Of a stretch of DNA of 17,935 bases, positions 1 to 8,652 are shown in pieces; position 1 is the stretch's first letter, and each line of letters starts with the position of its first letter. The stretch is from Promethearchaeota archaeon (lineage in GTDB: Archaea; Asgardarchaeota; Lokiarchaeia; Sigyniarchaeales; SOKP01), in contig JBHLNS010000059.1 of the NCBI GenBank assembly GCA_048941285.1, positions 1 through 17,935 on the forward strand, given 5' to 3'. A model generated the notes under the pieces. It was not told the DNA's origin. It ran no database searches and worked only from the letters and a program-made list of their open reading frames with translations. Made by a program: the position numbers and the translations under genes.

Positions 1-264
1 TACTAGAAAAGCTTAATTTATAATTAACTGAAAATCCTAAAATTTTTTATTTTTTTTATTTTCTCATTTAATTAAATTTAAACAATTTTATTATCGAATT
101 TGGGTTGAATTTTTACACTGATGAAAGATTTTTTGCAATTATGGAAACATATATAATTACATTCAGAATATGAAAGGAAAAAAAAAGTAGAATTAAGTAG
201 AAATCTTTTATTTTCTTCTAAATATTTTTATATAATATTCAAAATTCATTCTTATTGAGGTTTT

Positions 265-576
265 ATGTGTGATGAAGAGGAAGATTTTGACGAAGATGCT
301 TGGGATTATTATGATAAAGTAAAAGACGCCCTTTATGGCTTATTTGAAGTTTTAAATATAGCTTTAGATCCAGATAGTATCTATTATAAATGTGGTATCG
401 ATAATTTAGAAGCTTTAAAGAGTAGTTTGATAGATTTACTTATGAAAGATTATGATACTTTAGATCTACAAGATACTCTTCGAAGAATTGAGTTCAATGT
501 AAAAAAAAATTTATTTTTTGAATCTTCTAATAATAAAAAAAAAAAAAACAACCAAGATGAAGAAAAAACTATGTAA
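265..576 (+). CDS. Hypothetical protein (103 aa) with acidic N-terminus, helical core and Lys/Asn-rich tail
   Basis: Open frame with GAGGT SD-like motif at 257-261 just before the ATG; protein-like composition; no family motif recognised. Confidence 0.75.
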   Translation: MCDEEEDFDEDAWDYYDKVKDALYGLFEVLNIALDPDSIYYKCGIDNLEALKSSLIDLLMKDYDTLDLQDTLRRIEFNVKKNLFFESSNNKKKKNNQDEEKTM

Positions 577-713
577 AGATTTTTCTTTTAAACATTCTCG
601 AGATGATCTCAACACTTTTTTCAAATAAATTTCTATTGTATTTTAAATCCCTTAACACTAAGAATATAAGATTTAAATAATAAAGAGTCATTAAGTAATT
701 TGGAATAGTTTAA

Positions 714-1568
714 ATGTATTTATCTAAGGGAACATTTTATAGTATAAAGAGTAAAAATAGTGAGGAGTTAATTATGTTTGATTTAAAACGTGATATACCT
801 TGGTTTTTCCAATATCTTGAATATTATTATCATTTATTTCTTGATGCAAGATTTAATAATGGAACATTAGCAAAAAAAGATATAACATTTTCAATAGAAT
901 TCAATCTCCAGGGATTTGAAGGGTTACTTTTTTATATGTACAAACCTGCTGATAAAAGGGTAAAATTTGATCTTTATAAGCATTCAATTGACCAAACCTA
1001 TAGGATAGATAATTTAAGCTATAAATTATCAAGGCAAGGAACAAATTTTTTAGATTTTGTTATTATTCCTTTTGGTTATTTTAAAGATGAGCATAAATTT
1101 AATTTAGATGTACGAAGTGAAGATGTGGAATCAAGTTTCAACTTATATGCCTGGAGTCCTTCGAATTTATATAAGCATGTAAAATCTGTAATTCGAATCG
1201 CAAATCGATATTCAGAATTGATTCCTATAGATGATTATAGAGGTTATTTCTTTCAATTTAGTAGTACATTTAAAGGAAATGAAACGGGAAGACTATTTGA
1301 TTTAATAAATTTATTAGTCGATATTGATAAAACTCTGGATGATTTAGATAATTCTCCGATATTTGAAGCAATGGATTCAGAAATTAAATCCTTAGTCACA
1401 AAAAGTAATGAATTCTTATTCGAACTATGTCAACGATCAATACCTTTAGATATAAAGAATATTTTAAGAGAATTAGAAAGATTGAAGTTCAATATTGACA
1501 ATCTCTCAAAAGAAGAAATATTCAATTGGTTAGATGATCTCATTTCATATTATAGCCTTAAAAAGTAA
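714..1568 (+). CDS. Hypothetical protein (284 aa as called; true start possibly ATG 774, 264 aa)
   Basis: An 855-nt ORF in very AT-rich DNA is unlikely by chance. GAGGAG at 762-767 precedes the in-frame ATG at 774 (MFDLKRDIPW). No family recognised. Confidence 0.8.
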   Translation: MYLSKGTFYSIKSKNSEELIMFDLKRDIPWFFQYLEYYYHLFLDARFNNGTLAKKDITFSIEFNLQGFEGLLFYMYKPADKRVKFDLYKHSIDQTYRIDNLSYKLSRQGTNFLDFVIIPFGYFKDEHKFNLDVRSEDVESSFNLYAWSPSNLYKHVKSVIRIANRYSELIPIDDYRGYFFQFSSTFKGNETGRLFDLINLLVDIDKTLDDLDNSPIFEAMDSEIKSLVTKSNEFLFELCQRSIPLDIKNILRELERLKFNIDNLSKEEIFNWLDDLISYYSLKK

Positions 1569-1765
1569 AGAGATTAGCTAATTCAGTACGGAATATGTTA
1601 AGTGAGCTAACAAAAACTTTAGTAACTTTCAACTCACTGTAATTTTAATAACTCTTCTTAATTCTTATTATATATAGAAAGAGTCTCTTAATTGAATTAA
1701 TAGATAATTTTATTTATCTGATTATATTATAAGAATTACTGTATATTTTTAAATAGAGAATTTAT

Positions 1766-2008
1766 ATGTGTTTAGCAATACCAGGAAAAATACTAAAAAT
1801 TGATGGAAATTCTGCTTTGGTAGATTTTGATGGGATTAAACAAAATATAATTATTGCTTTAATTCAAAATCCTGAAATTGGGAAATATGTTATCGTCCAT
1901 GCGGGATATGCCATCGAAATGATGAACGAAGAAGAAGCTAAAGAAGCTATAAAACAATGGAATGAAATTGCTAATGATCAAGATTTAGATTTAAGAGATG
2001 TAATTTAA
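1766..2008 (+). CDS. hypC: [NiFe]-hydrogenase maturation chaperone HypC/HupF
   Basis: Diagnostic N-terminal MCLAIPG (Cys2), ALVDFDG and YVIVHAGYAI with the conserved His; about 80 aa. Confidence 0.96.
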   Translation: MCLAIPGKILKIDGNSALVDFDGIKQNIIIALIQNPEIGKYVIVHAGYAIEMMNEEEAKEAIKQWNEIANDQDLDLRDVI

Positions 2009-2017
2009 AAAAAAAAA
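2007..2017 (-). terminator. Oligo-T (T11 on minus strand) terminator candidate
   Basis: A-run at 2007-2017 lies directly after the stop of the minus-strand ORF 2018..2254, between convergent genes. Confidence 0.45.
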
Positions 2018-2254
2018 TTATTTCTTACCTTTCTCTAAAGTGGTTAAAACAAGATATCCCGCATTAGAAAAAATAGCTATTCCTATGAATGCTAGACTCA
2101 ATAGGTTGGCAAATAAAGCACCATTACCTGCCATTTCTAAAACGAATGCTATGATTAAAGAGAACATTCCTAATACTAAAAGGTTTTCCTTTCTTCTCAA
2201 CTTCCTTATTTCGCCTCCCTTTTTATAATTCATATAGTTTTGGATTATCTCCAA
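2018..2254 (-). CDS. Small membrane protein with 2 predicted TM helices (start uncertain)
   Basis: Basic N-terminus followed by two hydrophobic stretches (LLVLGMFSLIIAFVLEM; ALFANLLSLAFIGIAIF); co-directional with cooC; followed by a T-run. Confidence 0.6.
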   Translation of the reverse strand: MEIIQNYMNYKKGGEIRKLRRKENLLVLGMFSLIIAFVLEMAGNGALFANLLSLAFIGIAIFSNAGYLVLTTLEKGKK

Positions 2255-2349
2255 TCACCTAAATAAAAATTGAGTATTTATAAGTAGTCTATATAGAATA
2301 TATAGTTTCATAGGTAATGTATATAGAATGATTTAAAATCGAATAAACA

Positions 2350-3153
2350 TTACAAGTCAAACAATTCAGCCTTTAATTCCTTTAATTTAAAATAAAGGCT
2401 TCTTATTGATTGAATCGCTTCTGAATTAGAATTATAATCAATTGGAGATTTACCCTCTAAATCAGCTTTCCCAATTTCTGCGTCAAAAGGGATAGTGTGA
2501 TAAAGAGGAACGTCCCAATTTTTTATTCTTTGATTAATTATATTTTTTTGTGAATCGTCGGTTACTTTATTCGCAATTAAATAAATATTTATAACTCCTA
2601 ATTTTTTCGAAAGGTCAATTATTTTCGTACAAAGATCCAAAGACTTTTGAGAAGGTTCGGTTATTACTAACATTACATCTATACCTTTTGCAGTACCACG
2701 TCCTAAATGTTCTATCCCTGCTTCAAAATCGACAATTACAATCTCATCTCTTTTGATAAGTAAATTATATAAGAGTGTTCTTATCAAAGCATTTTCTGGG
2801 CATAAACATCCTGTGGCAGGTTCTTCAATTCCACCCAAAACCAGTAATTGTAAGCCATCTTGTCCTGATACCTTAAATTTATCAGGGATATCAGAAACTT
2901 CTGGATTTATATTATAAACTCCAGGACCAGCACCTTTTACAAACGTTCTTTCTTCTATCATTGATTTCATTTCTTTGATGGGAACAATTTTAGCCTTAGT
3001 TTTCTCATCAATGCCTAAAGTATAGCTAAGATTCATAGCAGAATCATTATCAATTGCTAGAACTTTAAAACCGTCTTGTGCAAACATTCGAGCTAAAACT
3101 CCTGCCACTAAAGTCTTTCCAACCCCTCCCTTTCCGCTTACACTTATTTTCAT
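2350..3153 (-). CDS. cooC: CO dehydrogenase nickel-insertion ATPase CooC (MinD/ParA-type)
   Basis: Deviant Walker A SGKGGVGKT, IDND, metal-binding CxC (GCLCPEN), DFEAGIEHLGRG, IANKV; GGTGA SD at 3161-3165. Confidence 0.92.
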   Translation of the reverse strand: MKISVSGKGGVGKTLVAGVLARMFAQDGFKVLAIDNDSAMNLSYTLGIDEKTKAKIVPIKEMKSMIEERTFVKGAGPGVYNINPEVSDIPDKFKVSGQDGLQLLVLGGIEEPATGCLCPENALIRTLLYNLLIKRDEIVIVDFEAGIEHLGRGTAKGIDVMLVITEPSQKSLDLCTKIIDLSKKLGVINIYLIANKVTDDSQKNIINQRIKNWDVPLYHTIPFDAEIGKADLEGKSPIDYNSNSEAIQSIRSLYFKLKELKAELFDL

Positions 3154-3306
3154 AGAAAAATCACCAAACTAATTAAGATTATAAATCTAAATAAAATAAA
3201 CTTTTTATTTATAAATTTAAATGATTTAGAGTAAAGTACTAAAATAGGATAATATCAAACCATCTCAATTTAATATTAAATATAATGATAAAAAAATTAG
3301 TCTAGA

Positions 3307-4047
3307 ATGAGTGTAATTCAAGAATTATTAATAGATGATTATTCCCCTGAACAAGCTGAAGCAATCCAAGTCAAATATCAAAATCTTTTAATGCAAATGT
3401 CAAAAAAAAAATATATTAGGACTATTAAGGTTATAGATTCTATCGTTGGAGTGGATATCTCATATTATAAAAAAGAGCAAATTGATTATGGGATAGCTTG
3501 TGCTGTAGTTTGGAATTTAAATCAAAAAAAAGTAGATTCATTTTATTTTGCTAAAGATCTAATAACATTTCCTTACAAGCCAGGATTTTTAGGATTTCGA
3601 GAATGTAAACTCTTAGCGAAAGTAATATCAAAAATTCCAAATAAGCCCAATCTTATATTGTGTGATGGTCATGGGAAAATTCATCCTAAAAGGTTTGGAG
3701 AAGCAGTTCATCTAGGTTTTGCTTTAAATATTTCAACTATAGGAGTTGCAAAAAATCCCTTTATTGGATATTTTAACTTTCAGAATATTAAATTAGTTAA
3801 GGGTAGTAAATCACCTATATGGGCGCAAAATCCAAGATTCATCACTAAAAATTCTTTCAATGAATTATTAGGATATTTAATATGCCTAAATGAAGGCTCA
3901 AAACCAGTATTTATAAGTACCGGTTACAACATTTCACTTAACATTGCTTTAAAAGTCTGCTTAAAATCAACGATAGAACATCGACAACCAGAACCACTTC
4001 ATTTAGCAGATAAACTCTCAAGGAAAGAAATAAATAGATATATTTAA
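3307..4047 (+). CDS. nfi: Endonuclease V (deoxyinosine 3' endonuclease)
   Basis: GVD catalytic Asp, PYKPGFLGFRE wedge/Glu motif, CDGHGKIHP, IGVAK, KPVFISTG, QPEPLHLAD. Confidence 0.95.
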   Translation: MSVIQELLIDDYSPEQAEAIQVKYQNLLMQMSKKKYIRTIKVIDSIVGVDISYYKKEQIDYGIACAVVWNLNQKKVDSFYFAKDLITFPYKPGFLGFRECKLLAKVISKIPNKPNLILCDGHGKIHPKRFGEAVHLGFALNISTIGVAKNPFIGYFNFQNIKLVKGSKSPIWAQNPRFITKNSFNELLGYLICLNEGSKPVFISTGYNISLNIALKVCLKSTIEHRQPEPLHLADKLSRKEINRYI

Positions 4048-4307
4048 TCGAATTTTCCCATTTCTTGCATTTTTTGTGAAATTAGCATCAATTCATTAAA
4101 GATATTCATATTTTCTTCTGGATCTGTTGCTTTTAGAAGTTTTTCATTCAGATTTTTCATTTTATTTGTTAATTCGATAAACTCTTGTGGTGGATCCACT
4201 TTATATTGATACTTTCTCTTTCCATCTTGAGTTATTTCAACGTATACCCATTTTTCAGCCTTTTGGGACCAATTCCATCTATTGGGTGTAAATAACCTTC
4301 TTCCCAT
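4044..4307 (-). CDS. Hypothetical protein (87 aa) with aromatic N-terminal region and helical C-terminus
   Basis: Clean ORF filling the intergenic space; its stop overlaps the nfi stop in TTAA at 4044-4047. Confidence 0.75.
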   Translation of the reverse strand: MGRRLFTPNRWNWSQKAEKWVYVEITQDGKRKYQYKVDPPQEFIELTNKMKNLNEKLLKATDPEENMNIFNELMLISQKMQEMGKFD

Positions 4308-4405
4308 TATTTAACATCTTATTATGGCAAATCTGTATTTAATTTAAAGAATAATAATTTATGAATACGTCGAAATTCAAATTACAAAACTGTCATTTTT
4401 ATAAT

Positions 4406-5686
4406 TTATTCTGGAAAATTATTTAAAATTCTTACTGCAAGCTCTCTAACGTCTACATCAACATCTTTGGAAAGTTTTTTCAATAGGCCTTTAAATCTTT
4501 CACTTTTATTTTCGAATTGATTGAGAGCTTTGATAAGGTTATATCTAACTAACCAATCTCTATCATCAATCATCTCTAAAAAGGCATCGTAAACTTTATT
4601 ATTATTAATTTGACTCAATATTTTTATAGCGTTTCTTTTTGTCTCGCTATTTTCACTTTTTAAATCTTTAATTAGTAAGGCTATAATTTTATTTCTATTA
4701 TCTTCGTCAAGTAAAAAATACATTCTATTAAAAAGAGTGTGTTTTAATTTTTTTGGCATTTCTTGGAATTTGGATGTGCTATAAACTTTTACACTTTCTA
4801 GGGCTTCGTTTCTTTTTTTAAATTCATTTAAATTTTCTTGAAGCATGGTGTTTTCTTGTTGATATTTATTTAATTCAAATTTCAAGTTATCAAATTCTTC
4901 TCTAAGTTTGGAAAATTCCAAGGCTTCTTCAGTTGAAATAGTTACCAATTCACTAGTATTTTTCAATTGTTCTTGTAAATAATGTATCTGTGATTCATAA
5001 TCTTCTAGTTCTGAAGTCAATTTATCGATAGTTTCATAAGCTAATGTCAAATCTTCAGAGTGTATCTCTTCTATTTTTTCCTGTAATTTTGCTTTTAATG
5101 TTTCTATTTCTACTCGTAATAAACCATTTTCTTGCATTAATTGAAAATTTAATTTTTTAAAATTTACTAATTCTTCATTCTCTTTAACTTTAGTTCCATC
5201 ATCAGAAAAATCATTAATTTTTTCTTCGTGTGATTTAATTTCATCAATTAGATTTTGTAAATGTGCAATCTTTTCTTTATACAGCTCATTCTCATCAGTT
5301 AGTTGTAATATTAATTTTTGAGCTTGAATAAATTCTTCATGAACTTCTATATTTGAATTAAAATCACCATTATTTTTGATTTCTTTATTAAATTCTAAAA
5401 TCTGATCATTTAAGTTATCAATGATGTTGTTTTTTTCTTCCAAATCCTTTCTCTGGGATGTGATAATGTCTTTTAATAGATTAACTTCACTTGGCAGTTC
5501 AATTTGTTCAATTTTCTCATCTTTCATTTGACCCTGTAGATTTTCAATTAATGTTTTTTGTTCTTTAATTGTAAATTCTAACCGATTTAATTCCTCCTTT
5601 AAGGAATGTATAGTTTGCTCTAACTCCGCTTGAGATTTTGTCTCTTCTTCTATTGAGTTAATTAAATCTTTCAGATCTTTACTCAT
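4406..5686 (-). CDS. Long coiled-coil protein with C-terminal HEAT-like repeats
   Basis: About 300 aa of E/K/Q/L/I heptad-like sequence, then repeats SETKRNAIKILSQI, DWLVRYNLIKALNQF and DVDVRELAVRILNNF. Confidence 0.85.
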   Translation of the reverse strand: MSKDLKDLINSIEEETKSQAELEQTIHSLKEELNRLEFTIKEQKTLIENLQGQMKDEKIEQIELPSEVNLLKDIITSQRKDLEEKNNIIDNLNDQILEFNKEIKNNGDFNSNIEVHEEFIQAQKLILQLTDENELYKEKIAHLQNLIDEIKSHEEKINDFSDDGTKVKENEELVNFKKLNFQLMQENGLLRVEIETLKAKLQEKIEEIHSEDLTLAYETIDKLTSELEDYESQIHYLQEQLKNTSELVTISTEEALEFSKLREEFDNLKFELNKYQQENTMLQENLNEFKKRNEALESVKVYSTSKFQEMPKKLKHTLFNRMYFLLDEDNRNKIIALLIKDLKSENSETKRNAIKILSQINNNKVYDAFLEMIDDRDWLVRYNLIKALNQFENKSERFKGLLKKLSKDVDVDVRELAVRILNNFPE

Positions 5687-5834
5687 GATCTATAGCAACT
5701 ATCAAATTTGTTTTTACTAAATTATTTCACAATCCAATTTATTAATAATAGTAATATCTAAAAATTTTTAGTATTATCCATCTTAAAGATATAAGTTACG
5801 TTTTAATAATGAAAAGCGATTCAAACATTAGGTT

Positions 5835-5843
5835 AAAAAAAAA
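5835..5843 (-). terminator. Oligo-T (T9 on minus strand) terminator candidate for the cyclophilin gene
   Basis: A-run about 27 nt downstream of the cyclophilin stop codon. Confidence 0.4.
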
Positions 5844-5869
5844 GTAGTTTAATAGTAAAGATGTTAGAA

Positions 5870-6346
5870 TTAAACAATTTTTATCTCAAGAATTTTATCT
5901 CCTTGAACAATTGAATTGACAACATCTTGGTCAGAAGGACTTGATACTTCTCCAAAAATTGTATGTTTATTAGTTAACCATGGAGTTGGTACATGAGTGA
6001 TGAAGATCTGAGAGCCATTCGTATTTGATCCTGCATTAGCCATTGCTAAAATGCCTGGCTTATCAAATTTTCTTCCACTTTGAAATTCATCTGCAAAAGG
6101 ATAATTAATTTGTCGACCTTGGTAAGGAAAAGAAGTGATACCTTTATCTCTTGGCCCACCTATTCCACGACCTAGAGGACAACCAACTTGAATCATAAAA
6201 TCCTCTATTACTCGATGAAATACAATACCATTATAGAAGTTTTGTTTTATTAAGAAAAGAAAACTTGCAACAGTCATCGGAGCGTCACTATCAAACAGAT
6301 TTAGATTTATCTCGCCTTTATTTGTTACTATAATAACTTTCGTCAT
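5870..6346 (-). CDS. ppiA: Cyclophilin-type peptidyl-prolyl cis-trans isomerase
   Basis: FYNGIVFHRVIEDFMIQ, GILAMANAG, TNGSQIFITH, TPWLTNKHTIFGEV (catalytic Arg and cyclosporin-site Trp present). Confidence 0.95.
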   Translation of the reverse strand: MTKVIIVTNKGEINLNLFDSDAPMTVASFLFLIKQNFYNGIVFHRVIEDFMIQVGCPLGRGIGGPRDKGITSFPYQGRQINYPFADEFQSGRKFDKPGILAMANAGSNTNGSQIFITHVPTPWLTNKHTIFGEVSSPSDQDVVNSIVQGDKILEIKIV

Positions 6347-6492
6347 ACAGAAAGAAAAGTTGAACTATTTTTAACAATTTTGTTTTTGAATTAATTTTTT
6401 AAGATTTATTTTTAATCAATGAAAAATTTAAAAATAATTACAGTAAATGATTTTTATACAAACCTTAGAATATAGTTGATTTGTAAATAAAA

Positions 6493-8643
6493 ATGGTTAA
6501 TAACGATATCTCTTTTTTTTTTGACCCAAAAAGTATTGCTGTGATTGGTGCTAGCGACAAAGAGGGGAAAGTCGGTAACACAGTATTAAAGAATATAATT
6601 AATTCGGGTTATAAAGGTAAAATCTTTCCAATAAACCCAAAAACTAGGGAAATTAATGATTTACCATGTTATAAAAGTGTTTTAGATGTACCAGGAGATA
6701 TAGATATTGCCATTTTTGTTATTCCAGGAAAATTTGTGAATAGCGCTGCAGAAGAATGCGGTAAAAAAAAAATAAAAGGAATAATTATAATTTCTGCAGG
6801 ATTTAAAGAAGTTGGTGGAGAAGGCGTCAAAAGAGAAGAAGAATTAATCTTAATTGGTAAAAAATATAAAATGAGAATTTTAGGGCCAAACTGTCTAGGT
6901 CTAATTAGTTTATCCTATAATGGCTCATTTGCTGCAGAAACGCCTAAAAAAGGTGGTATCGCAATGATATCACAATCAGGGGCTATGCTTACGGCGATGA
7001 TGGATGTGAGTATGAATGAAGCATATGGATTTTCATGTAATATAAGCTTAGGTAATAAAGCAGACTTAGGGGCTGTAGATTTCATAAAATATCTTGCTGA
7101 TGATGAAAATACAAAAGTTATCCTATGTTATTTAGAAAGTATTAAGGATGGTGATAGATTTCTTGAAGTTTTACCAATAGCAACAAGGAAAAAACCGATC
7201 ATAATATTAAAGTCAGGTGTGAGCGAAGCTGGTGCAAGAGCCGCTTCAAGCCACACTGGAGCATTAGCAGGAACTGACATCGCCTATGATTTAGCATTTG
7301 AAAAATGTGGAGTGATCAGAGCAAAAACCATCGAAGATTTATTTGATTATGGTGAAGCTTTCCTTTATCAACCAATTCCTAAAAAAAACTCTTTTGCTAT
7401 TATTACGAATGCAGGAGGTCCGGGAATTATAGCTACAGATGCTTTTGAGCGTGAAAATTTGAAATTTTCAAGTTTTTCAGAACCAATTCTTCATTCTTTG
7501 AGAGAAAATCTACCATTAGAAGCAGCAATTTTTAATCCAATTGATATTGTAGGAGATGCAACCCCAAAAAGATATGAATTTACAATCAAAACTGTTTTTG
7601 GTATAAATTCAGGTCAAAATTTTGGTGATATAACAACAGAAGGCGCTTTAATAATTTTAACTCCCCAAGCTCAAACTAAACCAACAGAAGTTGCGAAATT
7701 AATTTATGATCTATCATCAAAATATTTGAAAACCAAACCAATCGTATGTTCTTTCATTGGAGGAAAAAATATTTTCGAAGGCAGAGAATATTTAAAGCAA
7801 AATCATATTCCATGCTATGATTTTCCAGACAGAGCGGCTCATTCATTAAAAACCTTAACAAAACGAGGCAATTATTTGATGAGTACTGCATTAAATGAAT
7901 TAGAAATTCTTTCATTTAAGGTAAATAAAAAAAGAGTAAAAGAAATCTTTTCTAATGCTAGAAAAGATGGTAGGATAGTATTATTAAGTTATGAAACAAG
8001 TGAGGTTTTTGATTGTTATGGCATTAAATCGCCGAAATCACGATTAGCTCAAACTCCAAGACAAGCAATGGAGCTACAATCTGAAATTGGAAAGTGTGTT
8101 ATGAAAATCGTAAGCCCTAATATCATACATAAAACTGATGTTGGGGGGATTTTATTAAATATTGAAACAGTGCAAGATGCTTTTGAAGCATATATACAAA
8201 TTGTTAATAACGCAAAGAAGTTTGGCCCTCAAAATGCTAAGATTTATGGTGTAGAAGTACAACAAATGATAGATTTTAAATCTGAAGAAAAAGTAAATGA
8301 AATAATTGTAGGGATGTCTCGAGATCCTCAATTTGGTCCATTAATAATGTTTGGAACTGGTGGGATCTATGCCAATTATATTAAAGATGTAGCATTCGCC
8401 TTGTCATATAAATTTACTAGATCTAATGCTAAAGCGCTAATAAGCAGTACAAGACTTCACAGTCTTTTAGAAGGTGTTAGAGGAGAGCCAAGATCTGACA
8501 TTGAAGCAATAATTGATGTTTTATTAAGGCTTTCACAGTTAGTGAATGATTTTCCTGATATTGTAGAGTTAGATATTAATCCCCTTTTAGCTTTTGCAAA
8601 AGGTTATAGTGCTGTAGATATTAAAATTACAATAAATAGATAA
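6493..8643 (+). CDS. acd: Acetate/acyl-CoA ligase (ADP-forming), fused alpha-beta subunits
   Basis: CoA-binding PKSIAVIGAS, ILGPNCLG, SQSGA, SLGNKAD, phospho-His motif ASSHTGALAG, TNAGG, NPIDIVGD; C-terminal ATP-grasp with HKTDVGG, DPQFGP and ELDINPL; no GNAT domain. Confidence 0.94.
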   Translation: MVNNDISFFFDPKSIAVIGASDKEGKVGNTVLKNIINSGYKGKIFPINPKTREINDLPCYKSVLDVPGDIDIAIFVIPGKFVNSAAEECGKKKIKGIIIISAGFKEVGGEGVKREEELILIGKKYKMRILGPNCLGLISLSYNGSFAAETPKKGGIAMISQSGAMLTAMMDVSMNEAYGFSCNISLGNKADLGAVDFIKYLADDENTKVILCYLESIKDGDRFLEVLPIATRKKPIIILKSGVSEAGARAASSHTGALAGTDIAYDLAFEKCGVIRAKTIEDLFDYGEAFLYQPIPKKNSFAIITNAGGPGIIATDAFERENLKFSSFSEPILHSLRENLPLEAAIFNPIDIVGDATPKRYEFTIKTVFGINSGQNFGDITTEGALIILTPQAQTKPTEVAKLIYDLSSKYLKTKPIVCSFIGGKNIFEGREYLKQNHIPCYDFPDRAAHSLKTLTKRGNYLMSTALNELEILSFKVNKKRVKEIFSNARKDGRIVLLSYETSEVFDCYGIKSPKSRLAQTPRQAMELQSEIGKCVMKIVSPNIIHKTDVGGILLNIETVQDAFEAYIQIVNNAKKFGPQNAKIYGVEVQQMIDFKSEEKVNEIIVGMSRDPQFGPLIMFGTGGIYANYIKDVAFALSYKFTRSNAKALISSTRLHSLLEGVRGEPRSDIEAIIDVLLRLSQLVNDFPDIVELDINPLLAFAKGYSAVDIKITINR

Positions 8644-8652
8644 TAAAAAGAT

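Noticed and set aside
600-621. GAGAT-G-ATCTC followed by T6 as a hairpin terminator
   Set aside because: Stem too short to distinguish from chance.
1575-1645. C/D box sRNA interpretation of the intergenic hairpin
   Set aside because: CUGA is present but there is no convincing RUGAUGA C box; kept only as a generic ncRNA candidate.
2040-2228. 62-aa plus-strand ORF
   Set aside because: Antisense shadow of the minus-strand membrane ORF; no motif.
4406-5686. Alternative call as SMC/Rad50
   Set aside because: No Walker A/B, signature motif, hinge or zinc hook.
6493-8643. Alternative call as Pat/YfiQ protein acetyltransferase
   Set aside because: No GNAT domain, and both catalytic His motifs are retained.
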